DNA of 64,000 nucleotides from Patescibacteria group bacterium (GTDB lineage: Bacteria; Patescibacteriota; Patescibacteriia; UBA2591; JAQUPP01), in contig JAQUPP010000001.1 of assembly GCA_028716665.1 (NCBI GenBank), forward strand, positions 128,467 to 192,466. Reading direction: 5' to 3'. A program made the translations under genes and the position numbers. This document shows positions 1 to 9,186 of this stretch, piece after piece. Below the pieces are notes generated by a model that worked only from the letters and a program-made list of their open reading frames with translations, ran no database searches and was not told the DNA's origin. Within the stretch, counting starts at the first letter, position 1; every line of letters begins with the position of its first letter.

Positions 1-2
1 CT

Positions 3-503
3 AAGAGTGATCTTGAATATATTGAGGCGGCAAAAGCTTTTGATATTCATAATTATATGCTTTCATTCACGGAACAAGAGAAAGATATTCTTGAGATATT
101 AAAAGCTGACCCCAAAGCCCGAATAATTGCCAAAATTGAATCTTTAAGAGGGTTAAGTTTTGTCAGAGAAGTATATCCTAAATATCGAAGACAAGTTCGA
201 TTAATGGCGGCTCGTGATGATCTCTATATTAATATAGGTAGAGAAAAGACAAAGATATTTGATATACTCGCAGAAATTATCAGAGCAGACTCAAGGGCAA
301 TAGTCGCTTCGAGAATCTTGACGTCTTTAGAGGAAAAAGAAGTGGTGGAAATGGCAGATATTTCCGATTTAAGGTTGATGTTTTTAATGGGTTATAGGTA
401 TTTTTTGTTGAGCGACATGATTTGTTTTCATGAAGATTCTTTTAAGAAAGCTATGGAGATATTGAATTTTTTTGAAAGAGAGGTGGCTAATGAAAAAAAG
501 TAA
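3..503 (+). CDS. Pyruvate kinase-like barrel protein, divergent, 5'-truncated by the window edge
   Basis: Frame is open from nt 3. Motifs LSF..IIAKIE..G, LMAARDDL, IVASRILTSL, ADISDL and LLSD parallel pyruvate kinase SFVR, IIAKIE, IMVARGDL, IVATQMLESM, AEVSDV and MLSGE. Confidence 0.6.
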   Translation, partial: KSDLEYIEAAKAFDIHNYMLSFTEQEKDILEILKADPKARIIAKIESLRGLSFVREVYPKYRRQVRLMAARDDLYINIGREKTKIFDILAEIIRADSRAIVASRILTSLEEKEVVEMADISDLRLMFLMGYRYFLLSDMICFHEDSFKKAMEILNFFEREVANEKK

Positions 504-1905
504 AGTTATTTGCGGTCTTGGATTTGGCGACGAAGGTAAGGGTTCTCTAATTGATTTTTTGGTAAGGCATTACAAAATACCCTTAGTGGTTAGGTACACA
601 GGCGGTCCGCAAGCAGGGCACAATGTAGTCGAACCAAATGGTCGGTGGCATTGTTTTGCCCAATTCGGAGCAGGAACATTAGTCCCCGAGATCAAGACAT
701 TTCTTTCCAAACAGATGTTGGTTAAGTTGGAAAATCTGGATCAAGAAGCGCGGGTTTTAAAGAGTAAAGGAGTGGAGAAGGTGTTCGAAAGGTTAATAAT
801 TGATACAGATGCCACTATTATCACTCCGGCCCATAAAATGATATGCCAAATGATGGAAATAGGCCGAAAAGAACGCCGATTCGGTTCTTGTGGGGTAGGT
901 GTTGGACAAGCCTTATATGATAGAGAAAAGGGTCTAGGAATAGTGATGGGAGATGTCTTAGATGAAAATGCCTTAAGGGTAAAATTAGAACATCTAATTG
1001 GGATAAAACTCAAAGAGGCTGAAAAAATTTTCAAAAAATGTCCATCTCTGGAGATGAAGGAAATCTATGATTACTTTCTAGACAGAGTCAATCCTCGAAT
1101 GCTTGCGCAATTTTATTCTCATTTTCTAAAAACAGCAAAAATCAATTTAGAAAAAGAGGATTATTTCTTTAGAACCATTAAACAAGAAATTGAGATGGTT
1201 TTTGAAGGAGCTCAAGGCGCACTTCTTGATTCAATTTATGGATTCAGTCCGTATATTACAAAAACCAGGGCGACGTTTCATAATGCAGAAAAAATTCTGA
1301 GACAAGTTTCAAAAATTGAAAAGATAGGAGTTGTTAGAGCATATCTTACCCGTCACGGACCAGGACCTTTTGTAACAGAAGATATTAATTTGGGGAAGAA
1401 GGTTAACGATTCATATAATCCGGAGAATAGATGGCAAGGAAAATTACGTTCAGGATGGTTTGATTTATTGGCTATTCGATATGGAGTTTTGATTAATGAG
1501 GGAGTTGATTGGATTGCTTTGACGAATTTAGACCAACTTTCAGGACTAAAGACAATAAGGGTCTGTACTTCTTATGACTACCATGGAGATTTGCGAATTC
1601 TTGAACCTTATTTCAAATGGGAATCTATTGGAAAGAGAAGAGCAAAAATTTTTGCCTTCAAAAAACCGGATATCAATTCAGTAAAAATCGGTGAATTGGC
1701 TCAAATTTTATTCCAATGCAAACCCTTGGAATATAAAGAATTTGCAGGGTGGAGAGAAGATCTAACCAATATAAGAACTTTTAAAAAACTTCCGAGTCAG
1801 GCGCAAGAATACATTAAATTCTTGCAAAACTCTGGAGGGTTAGGGGTTCCTATCAAAATTGTCTCGGTAAATCCTACTTGGGAGGGTAAGATTCTACTCG
1901 ATTAA
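490..1905 (+). CDS. purA: Adenylosuccinate synthetase-like protein (divergent PurA family)
   Basis: GLGFGDEGKG P-loop, GGPQAGH, EGAQG, RAYLTRHGPGPF, GWFD, LTNLD. Start ATG 490 follows GAGGTGG and overlaps the upstream gene. Confidence 0.85.
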   Translation: MKKSKVICGLGFGDEGKGSLIDFLVRHYKIPLVVRYTGGPQAGHNVVEPNGRWHCFAQFGAGTLVPEIKTFLSKQMLVKLENLDQEARVLKSKGVEKVFERLIIDTDATIITPAHKMICQMMEIGRKERRFGSCGVGVGQALYDREKGLGIVMGDVLDENALRVKLEHLIGIKLKEAEKIFKKCPSLEMKEIYDYFLDRVNPRMLAQFYSHFLKTAKINLEKEDYFFRTIKQEIEMVFEGAQGALLDSIYGFSPYITKTRATFHNAEKILRQVSKIEKIGVVRAYLTRHGPGPFVTEDINLGKKVNDSYNPENRWQGKLRSGWFDLLAIRYGVLINEGVDWIALTNLDQLSGLKTIRVCTSYDYHGDLRILEPYFKWESIGKRRAKIFAFKKPDINSVKIGELAQILFQCKPLEYKEFAGWREDLTNIRTFKKLPSQAQEYIKFLQNSGGLGVPIKIVSVNPTWEGKILLD

Positions 1906-1909
1906 AATT

Positions 1910-1946
1910 AAAAAAGTCGTTCAGATTAAATCTGAACGACTTTTTA
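1910..1946. terminator. Bidirectional intrinsic terminator
   Basis: AAAAAGTCGTTCAGATT-A-AATCTGAACGACTTTTT perfect inverted repeat between convergent purA and tRNA. Confidence 0.85.
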
Positions 1947-1960
1947 AAATATTATTCATA

Positions 1961-2032
1961 TGCCTCCGACAGGAATCGAACCCGTATCCCTGGTTCCGAA
2001 GACCAGTGCTCTATCCTTTGAGCTACGGAGGC
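1961..2032 (-). tRNA. tRNA-Arg(UCG)
   Basis: GCCTCCG acceptor stem, TAGCTCAAAGGATAGAGC D-arm, CTGGT-CTTCGGA-ACCAG anticodon arm, GGTTCGATTCC T-arm. CCA not encoded. Confidence 0.95.
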
Positions 2033-2040
2033 AGAATATA

Positions 2041-2180
2041 AAATGACCAATTGACCTAATTTCTAATTGACCTAATCAATAACTAACAACTAAACGCCCA
2101 ATGTCTAAAATTTTTTGGGTCATTGAGTCATTGGGATTTATTTAGATCAATTAGATTAATTAGACTAATTAGTCATTAAT
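2041..2180. repeat. 7-8-nt periodic repeat array with inverted second arm
   Basis: aatgacc/attgacct/ctaatc units followed by their complements ggtcatt/agtcatt/ttagat. Confidence 0.7.
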
Positions 2181-3227
2181 TTATTCTTTCAATAATTCTT
2201 CCGGATAAGTTGCGTGGGCCAAGGCTGTGTCTAAAGTAATAACTTTTTCCCGATAAAGCTTTTTTAAGCCATCTTCCAGTGTGCACATTCCTTCTTTGCC
2301 GCCGGTTTGCATACAAGATTTTATTTGGGCGATTTTATTTTCTCTGATTAAATTGGCAACTGCCGGAGTGTTAATTAAAACTTCTCTGACCGCGACTCTG
2401 CCGCCGCCAATTTTTGGTAATAAATGTTGAGAGATAATGCCTCTTAAGGCCAAGGCAATTTGCAATTTTACTTGGTTTTGTTGATGAGGGGGGAAAACAT
2501 CAATAATTCTATCAATGGTTTGAGGGGCGTTTGCAGTATGAAGAGTGGCTAAAATTAAATGTCCGGTTTCAGCCAAAGTAATAGCCAGCCCGATTGTTTC
2601 TAAATCTCTCATCTCTCCGACAAAAATTACATCAGGATTTTGTCTGACAATGTGTTTTAAGGCCGAATCAAAAGAGGTCATATCTTGTCCTAACTCTCGC
2701 TGAGCGATCAAACTTTTTTTGGAAGTAAAAACATATTCAATTGGATCTTCAAGGGTAATAATATGACAGGCTCGTTCATTATTAATTCTTTCAATCATTG
2801 CCGCCAAAGTGGTTGATTTTCCACAGCCTGTCGGCCCAGTCACTAAAACCAACCCGTCTTGAAGTTTAATTAATTCATGAGCTGCCGGAGGCAAGCCGAT
2901 TTCTTCCATGCTTGGAATTATCGGTTGAATAACTCTGGCCGCCAAAGCCAAATGTCCTTTTTCCCAAAAAATATTAATTCTAAAACGGATATTATCTTTA
3001 ATTTGATAAGAAAGATCTAAATTTTTCTTTTTTAAAAGTACTTCTTTTTGGGCCGGGGTCATAATCGGTTCGGCCAATTTTAAAATAGTTTCGTGGTCAA
3101 AAATAGGCCAATTTTGTATTGGCCTTAAAATTCCGTCAACGCGGAAAAATGCGGGCAAGCCGTTGGCTAAGTGAACATCTGATGCTTTTAGCGCAACTGC
3201 GCCTTCAAATATTTCATCAAGATTCAT
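2181..3227 (-). CDS. pilT: Type IV pilus retraction ATPase PilT
   Basis: ASDVHL, GPTGCGKSTT, TLEDPIE, RQNPDVIFVGEMRD, AETGHL..TLH, LIRENK. Confidence 0.93.
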   Translation of the reverse strand: MNLDEIFEGAVALKASDVHLANGLPAFFRVDGILRPIQNWPIFDHETILKLAEPIMTPAQKEVLLKKKNLDLSYQIKDNIRFRINIFWEKGHLALAARVIQPIIPSMEEIGLPPAAHELIKLQDGLVLVTGPTGCGKSTTLAAMIERINNERACHIITLEDPIEYVFTSKKSLIAQRELGQDMTSFDSALKHIVRQNPDVIFVGEMRDLETIGLAITLAETGHLILATLHTANAPQTIDRIIDVFPPHQQNQVKLQIALALRGIISQHLLPKIGGGRVAVREVLINTPAVANLIRENKIAQIKSCMQTGGKEGMCTLEDGLKKLYREKVITLDTALAHATYPEELLKE

Positions 3228-3284
3228 ATTTTAGCTTTTTAGGAATTAGCTTATTAGCTTTTATAAATTCTCAAGTTAGTTTTT

Positions 3285-3845
3285 TTATACCCTGGATACG
3301 TATTCGCCTGTATCGGTGTTAATTTTAATAATATCGCCTTCTTTAATAAAAATAGGAACAGTAAGTTGAGCTCCAGTTTCTATGGTAACAATTTTACTGG
3401 GAGTAGTGGCTGAATCACCTTTAACTGCAGGCGGCGCTTCAATTACTCTTAAATCTATTTTTTTTGGAATTTTTATACTGATTGGTCTTTCATTAAAAAG
3501 CAATACCTCCACTTCCAATCCTTCTTTTAAAAAATTTTTTGCCGTACCCAATATTTTTTCGTTTAAAGCAAATTGTTCATAATCGTCATCATTCATAAAA
3601 TAAAAATCTTTTCCGGATGGATAAAGAAAACTTGCTTTGGAAGTACTGGTGGAAGCCTCTTCAATTTTATCGCTTGATGAAAAAGTTTTTTCCAAAGCCT
3701 GCCCGGTAATGAGATTTTTAAGTTTTACGCGCACAGATGCTCTTCTATTGGCAACGTGAGTATGAAGAGAACTGACTATTGCGTAAGGCGCGTCATCAAT
3801 TTCAAGAATGGTTCCAATATTTTTTAAATCATTTAAGGATAACAT
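3285..3845 (-). CDS. efp: Elongation factor P
   Basis: KLKNLITG, FMNDDDYEQ, PPAVKGDSAT, ETGAQLTVPIFIKEGD.I.INT.TGEYVSR. Confidence 0.95.
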   Translation of the reverse strand: MLSLNDLKNIGTILEIDDAPYAIVSSLHTHVANRRASVRVKLKNLITGQALEKTFSSSDKIEEASTSTSKASFLYPSGKDFYFMNDDDYEQFALNEKILGTAKNFLKEGLEVEVLLFNERPISIKIPKKIDLRVIEAPPAVKGDSATTPSKIVTIETGAQLTVPIFIKEGDIIKINTDTGEYVSRV

Positions 3846-3854
3846 AATATTTTT

Positions 3855-4064
3855 TTAGCTTTTAACAAAAGGCAAAAGAGCCATAAATCTTGCTCTTTTA
3901 ATGGCATGAGTTAATTTTCTTTGATGTTTGGCACAGACTCCTCTTTTGCGGCTTGGTAAAATTCTTTCATAAGTGGAAACAAATCGGCGCAAAAGTTCTA
4001 TGTCTTTATAATCAATTTCATTAACGCTATTGATGCAAAAATAACAATGTTTTTGATTTTCCAT
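3855..4064 (-). CDS. rpsR: 30S ribosomal protein S18 (Zn-binding Cys form)
   Basis: [29 protein letters not shown]. Confidence 0.96.
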   Translation of the reverse strand: MENQKHCYFCINSVNEIDYKDIELLRRFVSTYERILPSRKRGVCAKHQRKLTHAIKRARFMALLPFVKS

Positions 4065-4072
4065 AATTTAAA

Positions 4073-4170
4073 TTCTAATTATTACAAATTTTAGAGCTTA
4101 CAAATTATTACAAATATTCGTAAAAATTTGTATTTAATATTATTTAATTATTTGTAGCGATTCGCATTTA
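4073..4170. repeat. ATTACAAAT-type periodic repeats with inverted arm
   Basis: attacaaat x3 followed by atttgta/tttgtag complements between ssb and rpsR. Confidence 0.55.
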
Positions 4171-4171
4171 A

Positions 4172-4609
4172 TTAAAACGGAATCTCCTCCACGTCTATTT
4201 CTTCTTCAGGGGTATTCCCTTCTTCGGGTAATGGTTTTTCTTCAGCTTCGCGCGGTTCATTATTTGAAGAAGCTCCTCCTCTTGCTTTGGCGCCAAATTG
4301 GACAGCCTGAGCGATAATTTCAGTGGTGGATTTTTTATTTCCTTGAGCATCTTGCCAAGAACGAGTGGTTAATCTGCCCTCAACATAAGCTTCTTGTCCT
4401 TTAACCAAATAACGGCTGCAGACTTCGGCTAATTTGCCCCAAACAACTACTCGATGAAAATCGGTTTGTTCTTTTTTTTCTCCTTGAGCGCTGGTCCAAT
4501 TTCTTGAAGTAGCCAAACTGAAAGTCGCCACATTTTGGCCATTAGGAGTGGTTCGCGCTTCAGGGTCTCTGGTCAATCGTCCAATAATCAAAACTTTATT
4601 AAGATTCAT
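4172..4609 (-). CDS. ssb: Single-stranded DNA-binding protein
   Basis: NKVLIIGRLTRDPE OB fold, acidic EEIPF tail, rpsF-ssb-rpsR synteny. Confidence 0.97.
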   Translation of the reverse strand: MNLNKVLIIGRLTRDPEARTTPNGQNVATFSLATSRNWTSAQGEKKEQTDFHRVVVWGKLAEVCSRYLVKGQEAYVEGRLTTRSWQDAQGNKKSTTEIIAQAVQFGAKARGGASSNNEPREAEEKPLPEEGNTPEEEIDVEEIPF

Positions 4610-4632
4610 AATTAAAAAATTATTAAATTAGA

Positions 4633-5061
4633 TTAAAATAAATCGTCAATTTTTTGTTCTAAATCTTTTAAACTGGTTTTGACAGTTGTTTTTTCTTCTT
4701 CTTTGACTTCTTTAATTTCTTCTTCCTTTTTTTCCACAGAGTGTCTCGGTTTTCTAATTTTCATCGGTTTGGAATTAAGGGTTACAATCATGTGCCTTAA
4801 AATTTCAGGCATTAATCTGATTGTGTCGTTTATTCCTTTTATTTCTTTTGTTTCTATTTCAAAACGAAAAAGGTTGTAGAACCCGCGATAAACATGCTTA
4901 ATCGGGTAAGCCAGTTTTTTGTTGCCAAGTTCTTCTTCTTTAAGAATCTTGCCGCCGGCCTTCTCAATCAACGACCTTATTTTTTTTGAAATTACCGGTA
5001 CGTCTTGCTCCGTGTAAGGAGTGGGAATGATATAGAGAATTTCATACATAAGATTTGACAT
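4633..5061 (-). CDS. rpsF: 30S ribosomal protein S6
   Basis: YEILYII, LGNKKLAYPIK, ILRHMIV; synteny. Confidence 0.95.
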   Translation of the reverse strand: MSNLMYEILYIIPTPYTEQDVPVISKKIRSLIEKAGGKILKEEELGNKKLAYPIKHVYRGFYNLFRFEIETKEIKGINDTIRLMPEILRHMIVTLNSKPMKIRKPRHSVEKKEEEIKEVKEEEKTTVKTSLKDLEQKIDDLF

Positions 5062-5089
5062 TAATGATTTAAACTATAATAATGTTATT

Positions 5090-6349
5090 ATGACATATTT
5101 TCTTATATTAGGCAATAATCCAACTTTGTCAATAGCTGAAATCTTAAAGATACTCACAGGCCCTTTTGAGATTAAAAAAATATCAGAAGAAGTTTTAATT
5201 ATAGATTTGCCGGGAAATAAAGAAATTGATTTTGCGTATTTGGAAAACCGGTTGGGCGGAACTGTTAAGATCGGCAAAATTTTACCAAATCAGGATTTAA
5301 AAAATTTGGCTGATTTGTTTTCTGAAAAATCCACTAAAGTCAGATTCGGATTCAGTGTTTATCGTCTGGATCATCAAGCTTCAATTTCTCAAATCGTAAA
5401 TTTGATCAAAAATTTGGCTTTGAATTTGAAAAAAGACCTTAAAGAAAAAGGAATTTCTTCCCGCTGGGTCACTTCTCGCGAAGACGCTCTTTCTTCGGTT
5501 ATTGTTCAAACAAACAAGCTTTTAGAAACCGGCGCGGAATTTGTATTTTTCGCCGAGAAAAACGGATTTTTATTCGGCAGAACCTTGGCTTGTCAGGATT
5601 TTAAAGAGTACGGCTTTCGCGATTTTGGCCGGCCGAATCGGTCAATGGAACAGGGAATTTTACCGCCAAAACTGGCCAAAATTATGATTAATCTGGCCGG
5701 CGAACTGGATAAAAAAGCTTTAATTTTAGACCCTTTTTGCGGCGCGGGCACGATTTTGCAAGAAGCAGCCCTAATGGGTTATAAAAATATTATTGGCGCT
5801 GATTTAAACCCCGAAGCGATTAAAGACACTAAGGGAAATTTAGAATGGCTTGCCGAAAACAACCAATTGCCAATGACCAATTACAAAATTTTTCAGGCCA
5901 ATGTTAAAGAAATTTCTAAAAAAATAGACCCTCAATCAATTGATTTAATTGTTGCCGAGCCTTATTTGGGTCCGACCAAAATTTCCAGTTTAAAAGCTCA
6001 ATTGCCGATTATAATGTCTAAATTATCTGATTTATATCTTGGCGCTTTTAAAGAATTTCAAAAAATTTTAAAACCAAACGGGCAAGTGGTGATGATTTTT
6101 CCGATTTATCAGGATTTAAAACAAAATAATGGAATTTTTTCCGAATTTATTTTGCCGGAAATTATCCGCCCAAGGCCGACCAGCCTCGGGCTGGAAAAAA
6201 TAGGCTGGCAAATTATTAATCCCATTCCTGAAAATTTAAAAAATCATCCGATTATCAAATCAACCAAGCGGCAATCAATTATTTACGCCCGAGCCAATCA
6301 AGAAGTCTGGCGCGAAATTTTTATCTTCTCTCTCGGCAAAAATAGATAA
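5090..6349 (+). CDS. Trm11/TrmG10-like SAM-dependent RNA methyltransferase
   Basis: LPPKLAKIMINL, ILDPFCGAGTIL.EA, EPYLGP. Confidence 0.8.
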   Translation: MTYFLILGNNPTLSIAEILKILTGPFEIKKISEEVLIIDLPGNKEIDFAYLENRLGGTVKIGKILPNQDLKNLADLFSEKSTKVRFGFSVYRLDHQASISQIVNLIKNLALNLKKDLKEKGISSRWVTSREDALSSVIVQTNKLLETGAEFVFFAEKNGFLFGRTLACQDFKEYGFRDFGRPNRSMEQGILPPKLAKIMINLAGELDKKALILDPFCGAGTILQEAALMGYKNIIGADLNPEAIKDTKGNLEWLAENNQLPMTNYKIFQANVKEISKKIDPQSIDLIVAEPYLGPTKISSLKAQLPIIMSKLSDLYLGAFKEFQKILKPNGQVVMIFPIYQDLKQNNGIFSEFILPEIIRPRPTSLGLEKIGWQIINPIPENLKNHPIIKSTKRQSIIYARANQEVWREIFIFSLGKNR

Positions 6350-6353
6350 AAAT

Positions 6354-6385
6354 AAAAAGAGGGCAAGAATATCTTTCTTGCCCTC
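6354..6385. terminator. Terminator hairpin between convergent genes
   Basis: GAGGGCAAGA-atatctt-TCTTGCCCTC with flanking A-run. Confidence 0.75.
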
Positions 6386-6395
6386 AAATAAATAA

Positions 6396-7283
6396 TCACC
6401 TCTTTAAATCTTTCAATAGCTGCTTCCGATTTTCTTCTTCGATCTTTCTTTTTTTCTTTTCTTTAGCCTCTTCTTGTTCTTCTATTGTCTTCTCAGCTTT
6501 GAAATACACACTTGCTATTCTTTGTGCAAGACGTCCCTCGCTATTTGAAGTAAATTCAAATGCCTTTTTCTTATCAATAATGCGTAAACAATAATACGTC
6601 CAACTTACTGATTCATATAAGGCGGTGGTGCTGCCAGATTCTTGCGTAATAATAATTTTTTTTCTTTTGTAAACTGTTGAATAAGAAAAATAATCATTCC
6701 TTTCTTTTCTCCATACAACCCCAGCCTTTTTTAAAAGATCGAGTGTTTTTTCTACATCAGAAGATCTTAATTCAATTGCTTCTGCCATTTTAGGCCTCCT
6801 TTTTATAAGGTTTAGATTTAATCCTTTCTTTCTAAAAATCATATCAAATCCGTCTGATAGTTTAGGTGGGTCTTCCTCCAGCGCTCGATAATGAGTTTTG
6901 ATAGTATCAGTAGTCACAGGGAATGCGGGACCCCTACCTTGTTTTAATCGTTGGTAATGTCTGCGAATACAAGTATTAAGCGGTGGTTTCATCCAGATAC
7001 AAATTATTTTTTTTGCGCCAGCTTTTCTGCTAATTTCGATAATTTTTTTGCGCATATTAACAAAAGCATTTGGCATATCCACTATCACGTTTTGTTTTTC
7101 AGATAACAACTTCTTTAATTTTTTCTTAATGATTTCAAATATTTCCATCTCGGATTTATCTCTATATTGTCTTTTAATTTCATCAGCATCAAGAATTTCC
7201 AATTTAGATTTTTTCGCCAAATTCTTAGCAAAGGTAGTTTTCCCGGAAGCCGGCACTCCAACCATTATATAACAGTTCGACAT
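6396..7283 (-). CDS. AAA_33/polynucleotide-kinase-like P-loop domain fused in frame to a ~130-aa hypothetical paralog that has its own start at 6788
   Basis: GVPASGKTT, ILDAD, VIVDMPN, RKKI, EDPPKLSDGFD. Internal AGGAGG-N7-ATG at 6788 begins MAEAIELRSS. Confidence 0.75.
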   Translation of the reverse strand: MSNCYIMVGVPASGKTTFAKNLAKKSKLEILDADEIKRQYRDKSEMEIFEIIKKKLKKLLSEKQNVIVDMPNAFVNMRKKIIEISRKAGAKKIICIWMKPPLNTCIRRHYQRLKQGRGPAFPVTTDTIKTHYRALEEDPPKLSDGFDMIFRKKGLNLNLIKRRPKMAEAIELRSSDVEKTLDLLKKAGVVWRKERNDYFSYSTVYKRKKIIITQESGSTTALYESVSWTYYCLRIIDKKKAFEFTSNSEGRLAQRIASVYFKAEKTIEEQEEAKEKKKRKIEEENRKQLLKDLKR

Positions 7284-7337
7284 CTTTTACCTCCTTTTTA
7301 CAAAACGAATAAGAATGTTTTTTACTCCCTAAAATAG

Positions 7338-7769
7338 CTATAGTTTCAGTTTTTTTAACAATTCCTCTCGAGCATTGTTTTCTGTTTTTTCGCGACCCCC
7401 TTCTTCAACTGCCCATTTTTCATTTTCTATTTTTACAATACTCTCCCTGATTTTTTTAACAATTAACGAGAGCTGATGGGAGATTTCGAATAATATTTTT
7501 TGTGCCCAAGAGTCTCCATAATAGTCCCCGGCAGACTTAAATTCATTTTTCCCATCAAGAACACAAAAATAATAATAGCTTATCGAGCTGGTGTCATATA
7601 TACCACTTGTATCTTGGCAACCTTCTATAATAATAAATTCTATTCCATTATCAGTTGTTGAGAAATTATCTTTCCCATTTTCCCTCCATTTATCAGTCTC
7701 GAGTTTTGTTAATTTTTTCATGATTTCTCGTGTTTCTGAACTACCTAATTCAATTGGTTCTTTTACCAT
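7338..7769 (-). CDS. Hypothetical protein, paralog family M[AV]KEPI[EK]L
   Basis: AGGAGG SD. N-terminus and C-terminal ELLKKLK shared with neighbours. Confidence 0.8.
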   Translation of the reverse strand: MVKEPIELGSSETREIMKKLTKLETDKWRENGKDNFSTTDNGIEFIIIEGCQDTSGIYDTSSISYYYFCVLDGKNEFKSAGDYYGDSWAQKILFEISHQLSLIVKKIRESIVKIENEKWAVEEGGREKTENNAREELLKKLKL

Positions 7770-7826
7770 CTTTCCTCCTTTCTTGTAAAAGGCGAGAATA
7801 TTTTTTCTCGCCCCCCTTTAAATAAC

Positions 7827-8263
7827 TTATACTTCCAACTTTTTTATTAATTGCTCTTGAGCTCTTTTTTCTGCCCGTTCTTGTTGTCTTTTCTCTCTTC
7901 TAAGCTTTTTTTCTTCAACTATTTTTTGTTGATCATTTTTTTTCTTTAGTTCCTCTTTAGCCCTATGAAAGAGAGACGCAATTCTCTGCCCCCTACTTTT
8001 TCTGCTATAAAAAATCTACCTTCTCCGTCAAGAATCATTAAGGTATATTCTACTACCCATTTTTGACCACTACCGCTGTCATAATCTGCATAGTAGCTAG
8101 AAATATCTTTAATAGTGATTTCCATCTTCCCGCTAATCGTTAATACAAGAGAGTCTTTGTCTATTCTTTCTATTTTATTGAACTTATCAATCCCAATTTT
8201 TTCTAACTTCTCCAAAATTTCTTTTATTTTTATATCACTTAATTTGATCGGTTCTTTTGCCAT
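7827..8263 (-). pseudogene. Frameshifted third paralog (M[AV]KEPI family)
   Basis: AGGAGG-ATG at 8263 (MAKEPIKLS). Adding one G to the G5 run (C5 at 7989-7993) restores QRIASLF...EQLIKKLEV*, matching paralog QRIASVY...QLLKDLKR. Confidence 0.75.
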
Positions 8264-8312
8264 TTTCTCCTCCTTTTTAAAGAACAATTTCATTTAATTG
8301 TCTTATATTATC

Positions 8313-8340
8313 ACTATAGCACAAATTTAATTTTTGTCAA
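8313..8340 (-). promoter_or_regulatory. Sigma70 promoter of the paralog cassette
   Basis: TTGACA-N16-TATAGT with a TGC extended -10. Confidence 0.7.
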
Positions 8341-8436
8341 GTATTCTCGACATAAAGAGAGTGGATAACTAATTTGACATATTTTATGGGTATTATATAA
8401 TAAAAGTGTCGTCGAAAAATATCAACAAATACGCTT

Positions 8437-9171
8437 ATGCAAATAGAAAAAGTTTTAGAACAATTTAATCTGAATAAAAAAGAAATTAGTGTCTATCTCA
8501 CCTGTTTGGAGCTGGGTCCTTCTACGGCCGGAGTGGTCGCCCAGAAAGCAGGCATAAAAAGAACCAGCGCTTATGATATTTTGGGAGACCTGATAAAAGT
8601 CGGGCTTATTACTCATACTATAAAAAATAATAAAAAATATTTTTTAGCCGAAGATCCGGAAATACTTAAAAAAATTCTTCACGAAAAAGAGAGAGCATTA
8701 GAAGAAGTTCTCCCTCAATTGAAATCTATTTATAATATCCCGGGCATAAAACCAAAAACAAAATTTTATGAGGGAGTTTCCGGGGCAAGAAACATATTTA
8801 GAGAAACATTATCTTGCCGAAAAAAAGAAGCTATGGCCATTCTTCCGTCAGTAGACATTTATGATCTTATCGGAGTGGATTTTGCCAAAGATTATGTCGC
8901 CGCTCGAACGAAATTAAAAATAAAAAGCAGAACCCTGCGCGTTAAGACACGCGAGTCAGAAGAAAAATATTTTTTTCAACACAAAGAACAACTTCGGGAG
9001 ATGCGATATCTTCCAAAGTCAATCACTTTTTATTCAACTATTCTAATTTGGGATGATAAAGTGGCAATTATTACTTCCAAAAAAGAAAGTTTCAGTTTTT
9101 TAATCGAAAGTCAAGAATTCAGCCAAACCATGAAAGCATTATTTGAAATGCTTTGGCTGCAATCAAAATAA
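8437..9171 (+). CDS. TrmB-family transcriptional regulator
   Basis: KEISVYLTCLELG, KRTSAYDIL..L, P.TKFYEG, C-terminal PLD-like IWDDKVAI. Confidence 0.9.
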   Translation: MQIEKVLEQFNLNKKEISVYLTCLELGPSTAGVVAQKAGIKRTSAYDILGDLIKVGLITHTIKNNKKYFLAEDPEILKKILHEKERALEEVLPQLKSIYNIPGIKPKTKFYEGVSGARNIFRETLSCRKKEAMAILPSVDIYDLIGVDFAKDYVAARTKLKIKSRTLRVKTRESEEKYFFQHKEQLREMRYLPKSITFYSTILIWDDKVAIITSKKESFSFLIESQEFSQTMKALFEMLWLQSK

Positions 9172-9186
9172 TAATTGAAAAAATTT

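Noticed and set aside
490-1905. PurZ (Z-genome synthase)
   Set aside because: The catalytic Asp in GDEGKG is retained (PurZ has Ser), and no dATPase or phage genes are adjacent in the window.
6354-7830. Classical integron attC sites
   Set aside because: Spacers lack clear RYYYAAC/GTTRRRY boxes and no intI is in the window; kept only as cassette-like hairpins.
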